From assembly GCA_013239625.1 (NCBI GenBank), contig MU053652.1:2544001-2608000 (forward strand): 64,000 bases of DNA, given 5' to 3'. The DNA comes from Lama guanicoe. Lineage: Eukaryota. Of this stretch, positions 53,774-64,000 are shown one piece after another (position 1 is the first letter of the stretch; each line of letters begins with the position of its first letter). Position numbers and translations under genes: made by a program. The notes below the pieces were generated by a model. It was not told the DNA's origin. It saw only the letters and a program-made list of their open reading frames with translations, and did not search any database.

Positions 53774-54916
53774 AGAAGAAGCAGTGCCAAAAAACAAACT
53801 GACATTAGACAGTATCAGAGAAAGAAGGGTTCTGATTATTCCAGATTGCCTTGACTTCTTTTACAACATGAACCCTTCTATGTATGTATATGGACAGTGA
53901 AACTAAATCAAACAGTGGAAGAAGGACTGGTACTGTATAGAAACATTTTTAGAGAAATTTAAAAAGCAAAGAAGTCAGAAATTATGATGTCTTTGTGCCT
54001 GTCTCTCCTGCCTCCTCCTCCACCTTCTCCACCTCTTCCATCAAGGCCACTCTTGAGACAGCAAGACCAACTCCTCTCTCTCAGCCTACTCAACGTGAAG
54101 ATGACAAGGATGAAGACCTTTATGATGATCCACTTCCATTTAATGAACAGTAAATAATCATCATGTTATACAATTAATAAATCTGTTGTATATGTGTGTC
54201 TTCGTGTGAAAATCTAGTAAGTGTAAGCAAGAACTATATAAGATGTTTTTGTGTTATCATCATCATTTAACTATTTATCATGTAGAACATTATATACAAG
54301 ACTTGTATTGAAGTGGATAGCCTATTCATACATAGGCTTAAGGTGAGTGACATTTTACATAAAATTAATGTGTTAGTCTTCTTACTGTTTTACAACTTTA
54401 CTTTCAAATAATTACATTATCATACAGTATGCCCCCCTCGCTCTTGTAACTGGAAAAACTGCCTATCAGTCTATCACAGGTGAGTGGTTTTCAAAAAAAT
54501 GTTAACAGTGTTTCCAATACCATATTATGAATATGACTACAATAGTGTAAGCCATAAAAATTTAGTGACTCATTCATTAGTATATAGGGTAGGCTACCAT
54601 GGAGCAACTGTATCAATTATACTAGGCTACCATAAAGTAATCATACTGTTGCTTCTTCATTACCACTGCATGAATAATTACACCTATAAACAAATATGAA
54701 TTTCTTTTTCACATTTTGTCTTTTCATTTTTATGCCTAGTGTTAGTAATACATATAACATCTACAGTGTTTTGTATCATGTAAGACAACAATGATGTAGC
54801 TACTGATAGACAATTCATCCTGTAAACAAACAACATAAACATGATATTGATAAACTTAGTACAGTACCATAAATGTATTTTCTCTTCTTTATGATTTTCG
54901 TATTAACATTTTCTTT

Positions 54917-55042
54917 TGTAATTACCTATAATGGAAAAGAATCTGAAAAAGAATAGATTATATATATGTATAACTGAATCACTTTGCTGTACACCTAAAA
55001 TGTTGTAAATCAACTATACTTGAATAAAAAAAAAATTAAAAA
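54917..55042 (+). mobile_element. Short L1 3'-end insertion nested in Tigger2
   Basis: TSD AACATTTTCTTT at 54905-54916 and 55043-55054; ataactgaatcactttgctgtacacc, poly(A). Confidence 0.88.
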
Positions 55043-56387
55043 AACATTTTCTTTCCTCTAGCTTACTTTATTGTAAGAATACAGTATATAATACATTAAA
55101 CATACAAAATACGTGTTAATCAACTGTTTATGTTATCAGTAATGCTTCTGATTAACAGTAGAAGATTAGTAATATTTTGGGGGAGTCAAAAGTTACTTAC
55201 GGATTTTCAGCTGTGTGGGAGTTGGTACCCCTTCACGTTATTCACGGGTGAACTGCATCTCTACCTTATGATACAGTAATTCTAACTCTAGATATCTACC
55301 CAAATAACTGAGAGCGTATTATTTTAAAAATCTTATAAAAGAATGTTTATATAAGCTCTATTTATAATCACCAAAAACTGAAGCATTGCAAATGTCCATA
55401 AAAGTGAAAATGGATAAACAAACTGTTGTATATCAATAGAAAAGAATGTTACTCTGTAATGAGAAGAAATGAAATATTGATGCACACAATGGCATGGACA
55501 GGCATTCAAAAAAATTCTGAGTATAAAAAGCCACATATAAAAGAATATAAAAATATATATTCTCACTCCATTTATATTAAATTTTAGAACTGGCAAAACT
55601 AACCTATGGCAAAAGAAATTCAAACAGCAGTTGTCTCTGAGTATAGAGTGAGAGAGTTAAGGAGTCACTGGTAAGGAACAGAAAGGATCTTTTTGACGTG
55701 ATAGAAATATTTTATATCTTGATAGGGGTATGAATTATATTGGTGTGTGCATTTTTCAAATGGATACTGTAAACTTAAGGTCCAGATATTTTACTACATG
55801 TAAATTACATTAAATAAAAATGTACTACTCAACACATAAAATGCTCTTTTCACAAACCTGGACAAAATAGCATAATGAAACTGGTATCCTGGTTCCACAG
55901 ACTGAAATTACATTGAAATGCATATATTTTCTAAATGTTTCTTAGTCACTTTTCAACTAACTCTTGTTCCTATAATATTCTTGTTATGGTTCATAAACAG
56001 AAAAGAATAACCTGAGTGCACTGCAAAAGTTATAACACACACACACACCCCTCCATACATACACCCCAACTGTATTAAATAATCACTAAAGTTTCTTTGA
56101 CCTGCTTAGATACAAAAGCAGAATGCCTGCTGTTTGTTAAACAACTTTAACTGCCCTTTCTAGCCCCAGAAAGCAAAGACTATTACCTAATATCATACTT
56201 TTGCTTAAATTATCTCAGAAGGAACTTATATATGATCTAATCTTTCTTAAAGCGATTATCAAGACATATTTAACCGCCTGTACATTTTAACCAACCCTGG
56301 GGTATTCCCCAGTCATCTTGAAAGACATGTTTTCTATGACAGTTTATCAGTAACCTCTGTAAAACATATGTGATGTGGGAGAAGGTT

Positions 56388-56885
56388 CAAATGAATGGAT
56401 AAAAAGGCTGTGGTGTATATACACAATGGAATACCATTTAGCCATAAAAAAGAACAAAATAATGCCCTTTGCAGTAACATGGATGGACCTGGAGACTGTC
56501 ATTTTAAGCGAAGTAAGTCAGAGAAAGAGAAATATCATGATATCACTTATATGTAGAATCTAAAAAAAGATACAAATTCTATTTACAAACCAAAACAGAT
56601 GCAGAAAACAAAACTATGGTCAACAAAGGGGAAAGGTGGGGGAGGGATAAATTAGGAGTTTGGGATTAACAGATACAAACTACTATATATAAAATTGATA
56701 AACAACAAGGACCTACTGTATAGCAGAGGGAACTATATTCAGTTTCTTATAAAAACATATAATGGGAAAATATCCGAAAAGAAAAAATATATATGCATAT
56801 AAATATAACTGAATTACTCTGCTATACACCTGAAACTAACATTGTAAATCAACTACACTTCAATAATACAATATTTAAAAAAGAA
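56388..56885 (+). mobile_element. L1 3' end fragment
   Basis: [34 protein letters not shown] followed by 3'UTR. Confidence 0.9.
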
Positions 56886-58004
56886 TCTTCAAATACTAAA
56901 AAAAACAAAATGAAAATGAGAATCAAAAGATAAAAGTATAATTTAAAATTTAAAAGAAATTTTAAAATCACTTAAATTCCATTATCCTGCTACAACCACC
57001 ACCATTCTGATGATGATTCAGTTTAACTCTATGCACACACTCACACAGACATACTTTACATAATTTGAATATCACATCTGATTTTTAAATAGGAATAACT
57101 TTTTCAAATGATTGTTTTATTTCTTTTTCCTCCTGCACCCCCTCCTCTCTTAAATAACTGATGCCAACAACCAGATGTGTATCCTTTCATATCTTTACCT
57201 GGGCTCATTGTTTCAAATACAAATATTCATATATACATACATACATATTGGTGAGGGAAGGAGAGTTGTTACTCAGGTAACAATAGTAGGATCTTATTAC
57301 AGATGCTTCTCTGTATCATGTTTTTCTTGGAGGAATAGTGGAAATTCCTCCAAGTCAACTGGTATAAAGCCAGATTATTTTATTTAAATGACAGACAGTA
57401 TTTCTTTATGTATTCCAATGTATTCTAGCATTCACCTATAGATGGGTACTCTTTTTTCCTCCTGAGCCAGAATCTGATCTCAGTTACAGGGTAAAATAAT
57501 AAATGTTTGTTCTTTAACTGCTAAGTTCTGTGATAATCTGCTATACATCAATACATGACTTATACAGCATCCAAGGTCAAAAGAACATCAACAGTTTTAT
57601 TAATTAAGTAGTTAGATCCAAGTAGTTATGTCCTGAAACTTAGTAGTCATCTGAAAAAGTAACCAACATATATTACAAGAAAAATATGTGTATTTCTACC
57701 TATCCCACTCATACTCCAATATGAGCTTTAGACAGTAGTGTTTAGGGTTCATTCACTCTAGGTGTCATTGTCAAAATATGCCATACATCTTAGGACCCAT
57801 ACATACACATACAGTCCTTTCTCATTCTAGGAAAAAAAAGAGTAGTTGAGGGGCTTTAAGTTTGATTTCCACCTCTCTCTGATAACTATACTAATAACTT
57901 CCTTATCTGCTTAAGCTGCATATACTAAATATAATTAAAATTTCTTACTGACAAGTCATTTACTACAAGAATCAAATAGTACATCCTAACAACTGTGATG
58001 TCTT

Positions 58005-58205
58005 AGATTTGTGCAGTCTAATACACAGCCATTAGCCACCTGGGGCTACTTAATCTAAATTAAATTAAATAAAATTTTAAAATTCATTCCTCAGTTGCAT
58101 TAGTTCAAGTACTCAATAACCACCTGTGGCTAGCAGCTGCCATATTTTACAATGCAGTTTACAGAATATTTTCATTACTGCAGAAAATTTACTGGAAACA
58201 CTATC
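58005..58205. mobile_element. MER3-like hAT MITE
   Basis: agccattagccacctggggcta...ttcctcagttgcattag...caataaccacctgtggctag internal inverted symmetry. Confidence 0.7.
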
Positions 58206-58569
58206 CTAACAATTACTGAAACACAGAGTATTATCTACCTTTGCACTAAAAACGTCCTAAATGTTATACTTTAGCTTTCTATTTGTTGCTTAGATTTTTC
58301 TGTCCTCCCCCTCATGACACTTTGTCAGTTGTCAACCTGCTGTTAATGTGCCTGTTTTTTAAGCTATGTCCACCATGCACAAAGCTGCTTCTGGTTGCTG
58401 AAACCAGAAGAAACAATTAACCAAACAGAATAACGCTATATCCAAAGCAGATTCTTAAGAAAAGGCCCTCAGGACCTAAAATTTCATCACAATGATTTTG
58501 ATTTTTCAGAGTCCTCTTTTCCTTTCTTTCTAATCTTCAAAATATGGTAAATGAATTGGTAGTTACAGG

Positions 58570-59270
58570 ACAGTTGTTCCTCATTATTCGTGGGTTCTGT
58601 ACTGGAAAATTCACCTACTCACTAACATTTATTGTAACATCAGAATCAATACTCACAGTCATTCCTGGACGTGTACCAAGCAGTAAAAAATTTAAGTTGC
58701 CTGGTGCACATTCTCCTAGCTATGGTCAAACAAGGGACCCTGTACTTTCTTGTTTCAGCTTTCATAATAAAAAAAGTATTCTTTTTGTGGTATATTTAGC
58801 ACCACATTTTAAAATGTTTTTGTGCTTTCCTGTTGATATTTCACTGTCTAAAATGGTCCCCAGAGGCAGAGGGTATATAGCTCAAGTCGTAGAGTACATG
58901 CTTAGTGTGCACAAGGTCCTAGGTTCAATCCCCAGTACTGACTCTAAAAATAAATAAATAAATAAATAAACCTAATTACTTCCTCTCTCCCACCCCCTCA
59001 AAAAAGATAAAATGGTCCCCAAATTTAAAGTGCTGTCTAGTGTTTCTGAACGCAAGTTGTGATGTGCTTTACAGAGAAGATAAGTGTATTATATACACTT
59101 CATTCAGGCAAGAGTTACAGTACTATTACTGGCTGTGAGTTCAATGCTAATGAATAAATGATACATTTAAAGTAAGGTATCTTTAAAACAGAAACACACA
59201 TAAAGCAACATTATGTACTGATTGGTTGATGAAAATGTTGTGACAATATGCTTGCAGGAACCTAATTTTA
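58570..59270. mobile_element. Tigger-family non-autonomous element (MER82-like), interrupted by a SINE
   Basis: cagttgttcctcattattcgtgg terminus; aaaatggtcccca...aagtgctgtctagtgtt...cattcaggcaagagttacagt. Confidence 0.65.
58863..59007 (+). mobile_element. Vic-1-like SINE
   Basis: Perfect 14-bp TSD TAAAATGGTCCCCA at 58849-58862 and 59008-59021; A and B boxes. Confidence 0.92.
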
Positions 59271-59329
59271 TGAGTTACAATGAAAGATCCACGAGACCGA
59301 CAAAATCTAAAAATCAGCCATAAAAATAA

Positions 59330-60030
59330 TGGGGAGAGTACAATGCACAGCAACTTTCATACACTGCCAGTTAAAATATAAATTACACAGCCATTTAATA
59401 AAAACAGTTTTGCATTACCAGATAAAAATTAAACATACATATCCTCTATGATCTGGCAATTGTACACCTAGATATATACCCTAGAGAAACTCTTGTATGC
59501 ATGTACCAGGAAACAACCTACAAGAATGTTCACAGCACCTGGTTCCTAACAGCAAAAAAAAAGTGATAAAAAATCCAAAAGCCTACCAACTGAAAAGTGG
59601 ATAAATATATTTCAGCATATTCATACACTGGAATACTAAACAGCAGTGAAAACTAACTGCAATTATACTCAGCAACATTATATCATAATGCTAAATAAAC
59701 AAACAAAAGCTAGTCACAGATGTATCATGGGTGATTCTATTTATATTTATATAAAGTAAAAGTGATACAAAACTTAAATCACAGGGTATTTTATAAACAT
59801 ATACATATATAATACTATGAGAATACACTTAACAAAATATGAAACAATAGGTAATGGGGTAGGATTAGAGGACAGATATAAGATGGGGCTCACAGGAAAC
59901 TTCAAAGGTTGTAGTAGTTTTCCACTTCTAAAGATGGTTGACAAGGAAACGGGTATTTGCTTTATTATTCTTTATATTATACATGTAAGTATATATCTTT
60001 GGATGTATATTTTGCAATGAAACATTTAAA
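59330..60030 (+). mobile_element. Ancient L1 (L1ME-like) 3' end
   Basis: ctagatatataccctagagaaactc...caagaatgttcacagca. Confidence 0.7.
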
Positions 60031-60819
60031 AACCAGGTGATCCAAAAAGGTTTATAAACAGCAAAACAAACAAGCAAACAAAAACAATTAAAAAGGAAAA
60101 ATAAATACAGAGACTAGGTTCCCAAGAATTACACTAGAATAAAAAAATTTTTTTATTTACCCATCTGCTTTCCCTATCAGAGCATTAATTTCCTCAAGGA
60201 TATGGACACAATACATGTTAATGTTGAAATTATATAACTGAAAAATGATTATTTTTTAATTCAGATGACTTCAGACACCATTTGTCAAGGAAAAACTTGG
60301 CTCATGGTCCCAATGTCATCTAAATATACTACTTTAGTAAAATAACAAACTATATCAAGTTTATTTCCCCAAAAGGCAATTACTGAATCATTGGGTTAAA
60401 GTTCAATTTACTAACATCTCTTTAATATTTACACAGTGACCTCAGTTTAGTGCAGTAAAAGTCACAATCTCTGCTCGGATCAGTACTCCCAACAGTTACT
60501 ACTCAGAACACTAACAGCACCTTAACCCAGTTCTTTTTAGTTAACATTTTCTTCAGAACAGATCAAGAAACTTAGTTTTGCATCATTAGTAATCCAGAAA
60601 ACATATAACCTAGATTTTAAATGTTCCAGTAATCATAAGTATAGTCTATGCTGCATCAAATACCACACTGTATTTGCCTATGAAATAAAAATTCTTCCAA
60701 AATTTAAACAAAGAGGAAATAAAAATTTATCTCACAATTTCAAAGAGTGAATAAACTATTAATGAACTCAAGATAACTGATATCAATTAAATGCCTGCCT
60801 ATTAAAAATTTGACTTTTA

Positions 60820-60939
<120 letters not shown>

Positions 60940-61479
60940 TTACAGTGATTAATTAAAGGAATAAGTGAACACAAATATGCAAAAAGAGGAATAATCTACC
61001 AGATGCTGAAATTAACACAAAGTTACATAATAGCTGGAACTTGAACAAGAAGAGAAACAAAACAGAATAAGAAACATAGAAAATGCCTGGTAATTGTAAG
61101 ATTTTAAAATATGATTAAAGGTAGTATTTTAAACAACTGAGAAAAGCAAAAAATATATATACAGCTCTATTCACATCAAGTGAAAAAATGAACTACAGTT
61201 ACATTTAGGAATTTGAGGTAAATAAAGTAATAAAATACCTAGTAGTAAATAAAATGCCATATAAATACATATAAAATCAATCTTTGGATCAAAAAGGTCT
61301 TTTAAGCCTAGTGTCAAAAGTAGAACTATAAGTGAAAAAAGGAACTGATATAAGTAACTTTGAAAGATGGTGCTTTCACTGGAAACTGTAAGACTAAAGA
61401 CAAATAAAACCATCCATAAAAACTGTACTTTATTTGGTAAAGTTGTTTTTCAGAAGGATACAAGTTAATTCTGAAACAC

Positions 61480-62835
61480 TTTATATGTATACCAGGGGAC
61501 GAACAAGTAAGTAAATGGATGGTGGATGACAGGAGTTAAGCTTCTCACCGTGGAGTGGGAAGTTACAAAAAAGCAAAGAGGAGGCTGGAATGAACCCAAC
61601 GGTTCTGAAACAGAGTCAGAGACATCAGTGTGAACTCATATTTAGCTTAATATAGACAGAAATAGATTCAGAAGTAATTATATGTGTGTGCATACACACA
61701 CATGCACACTGACACAAATAATATTCCTAGTTCTGTTTACTTCCTAGCTCTGTTCACTACAGGGACTAGAAGCAGTGTTACCCCAGTAGCAGTGAGTACA
61801 CCCAACACCAAATCTTGGTTTCTACACACCATAGTCCAGTAAAAGAAAATGGAGATTCTTGGAGAAGTAAATGATGCTGGGTTAGAGCAGGGAATTCAGA
61901 AAATAAGCCTAGAGCATCTTGCAATGTTCAAAACAACAACAACAACAAAGATAGGGGCCATGTCAAAGGGACACAGAGGAGCCAACATGAAAGAATGAAA
62001 GAATAAATGGCCAAGAATGAAGGAAGGAATGGCCAAAATAATTTAAACAAAATAAATAATGTAGTATTGGATTAGAACCCAAAGTATAAACATCCCTGAA
62101 TCTGTACTGATAATAACTGCAGTATAACAATCAGAAAAACATCAGGCAAATTCAAATTAAGGACCAGTCAACAAAATATATGAGCAGTACTCCTCAAAAC
62201 TCAATACAATGAAAAACAAGGAAAGACAAAAAACGTTCATAGACCAGAGGAGAGTATGGAAGCAAGACAATTAAAAGTAATACCTTGGTAAATACAGGAC
62301 AGAAATAGACTCATGGACAGAGAATACAGACTTGTGGTTACCAGGGGGGTGGAGGGTGGGAAGGGATAGACTGGGATTTCAAAATTGTAGAATAGATAAA
62401 CAAGATTACACTGTATAGCACAGGGAAATATACACAAAATGTTATGATAAATCACAGAGAAAAAAATGTGACAATGAGTGTGTATATGTCCATGAATGAC
62501 TGAAAAATTGTGCTGAACACTGGAATTTGACACAATATTGTAAAATGATTATAAATCAATAAAAAATGTTAAAAAAAAGAGTAATACCTTGGATGGAATC
62601 TTAGGTCAGAAAGAAGACATTACTGGGAAAACTAATGAAATCCAAACAAAACGTGGAGTTTAGGTAATACTAATGCATCATTGTTGGTATCTTGGTCATG
62701 ACAAATGTACCATGGTCATATAAGATGTTAGCAGGAGGAGAAACTAGGTGAGGGACATATGGGAACTCTGTACCACCTCTGCAATATTTCCGTAAATCTG
62801 AAATCAACCTAAAATTAAAAGGATATTTTTAAAAA
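61480..62835 (+). mobile_element. Old L1MC-like 3'UTR, interrupted by a young L1 fragment
   Basis: ttcctagctctgttcact, gtgacaaatgtacc-like motif, tatgggaactctgtacc...gtaaatctgaaat. Confidence 0.7.
62289..62579 (+). mobile_element. Young L1 3'UTR fragment (same family as 12284-14582)
   Basis: TSD AGTAATACCTTGG at 62276-62288 and 62580-62592; AATAAA and poly(A). Confidence 0.92.
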
Positions 62836-62918
62836 GTTGAATCTATACGTGTCACAGAAGAGTTACTTAATAAATGTCAAAAAGGTAAGTGAATGAATTT
62901 CTTTTAAAGGCAGAACTA

Positions 62919-63071
62919 GAGGGGGTGGATATAGCTCAGTGATAGAGCGCACGCTTAGCATGCACAAGGTCCTGGATTCAATTCTCAATACGTCTATTAA
63001 ATAAATAAATAATTGAATAAGTAAACCTCCGCACCACCCCCAACCAAAAGAAAAAAAAAATCCACTGGCAT
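62919..63071 (+). mobile_element. Vic-1-like SINE
   Basis: A and B boxes; TSD AAA(G/C)GCAGAACTA at 62906-62918 and 63072-63084. Confidence 0.9.
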
Positions 63072-63549
63072 AAACGCAGAACTAAAAGGAAAAGAATTAC
63101 CTTTACACACACATCTCATAAAGGTAAAACATTAATACACAAAATGACCTCAAACAAATGACCTCCAACAAATAAAGACAAACAACCAAATAGAAAAATA
63201 TAGACAACATAAAACACAAAGGGTTAATTAAAATCTGAATATTTAAAGAGCACTTAAACATAAAAACCTCATATGAAAATGGGCAAAACCGAAACATTCA
63301 AAATGAGTAATAACCAAAATTTAGATTAAAACAAAAACATATACTAGCCCTATAAAATTGGACACTCTCAAAAAAAACAAGTTTTAATCATAATCTCAGT
63401 TGTTGGCCAGAGCAGGTAAAATGGCACTCTCATATTGTGCTGGTAGAAATACAAATTGATATAACTTTTCATGAGATAATTTTGATATAATATATATCAA
63501 AAACATTTCAAGTATGCATATCATTTTAAGTAAAAAATGATAATGACAA

Positions 63550-63785
63550 CAGCTATGACGACAACAATGATGTTGGCATCTAACATTTCTGAGCTTTTAC
63601 GACATCCCAGACACTGGTCTAAGTGCTTTCCATATATAAACTATTATCTTCAATGTACAGATTAAGAAACTGAGAGAGATAAATGAATTTGCTTAAGTAT
63701 ACACACCTAAGAAGGATCTGACTAAGAAGTAAGGCAACCTGACTCCAAAGCCAATGTTCCTAATCACCACACTATACAGCCTTAG
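63550..63785. mobile_element. MIR SINE
   Basis: cagacactggtctaagtgcttt...acagattaagaaactgag...cctgactccaaagcc. Confidence 0.7.
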
Positions 63786-64000
63786 AATTATTCCACTTTT
63801 TGGAATTTAACCTAAAAAATAATCCAGGGGATGTAAACCATCCACATTCATCATAGTACAATTTATAATAGCAAACCATAAACAATCTAATTGTCTAACA
63901 ACAAAGGATGCATTAAACAAATTAGGATATACCTGTGTTACAGAATACCATGTAATCATAATGTATTCTACAGCCTGACTTTGATGTTGTTGAAAATGTT

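Larger units (their letters stand above)
51646..55255 (+). mobile_element. Full-length decayed Tigger2-family (Tigger2f-like) DNA transposon with pseudogenised transposase
   Basis: TA|CAGTTGACCCTTGAACAAC...GTTATTCACGGGTGAACTG TIRs; transposase remnants from ~52268; DDE_1-like segment KVLLILDN...LLPNTMSLIQPLDQGVIRTFK (ORF 53159..53395); many stops and frameshifts. Confidence 0.93.

Noticed and set aside
52268..53960. Possible domesticated TIGD-like transposase
   Set aside because: Many stops and frameshifts plus a SINE insertion; a decayed transposon
61724..61757. 17-bp tandem duplication (ttcctagttctgtttac / ttcctagctctgttcac); a similar small duplication at ~468-503
   Set aside because: Ordinary slippage duplications inside old repeats

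Overview
Mammalian genomic DNA, most likely a camelid (alpaca, vicuna or camel): it carries seven copies of a tRNA-derived Vic-1-like SINE plus artiodactyl-type L1s. The window lies inside the muskelin gene MKLN1 on the minus strand. Coding exons 2-8 (70, 143, 89, 110, 193, 78 and 66 nt) are present with GT-AG sites and compatible phases; I did not find exon 1 or exons 9+ in the window. The introns are mostly transposon debris (L1s of several ages, Tigger2-family and hAT-Charlie DNA transposons, MaLR and MER21-like LTRs, MIR, L2) with a 500-N assembly gap. I found no new gene system. The most unusual structures read from the sequence are: (1) a young sense-oriented L1 in intron 7 with a perfect 17-bp TSD and an apparent two-step 3' transduction; (2) a 77-bp inverted copy of that L1's own 5' junction and flank inside it; (3) a CAG-TAG tandem acceptor at exon 6 whose upstream AG would add an in-frame stop; (4) a candidate cassette exon behind a 67-nt U tract in intron 6; (5) several internally deleted L1s. 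Repeat family names and boundaries are by eye and approximate unless TSDs or TIRs are given.
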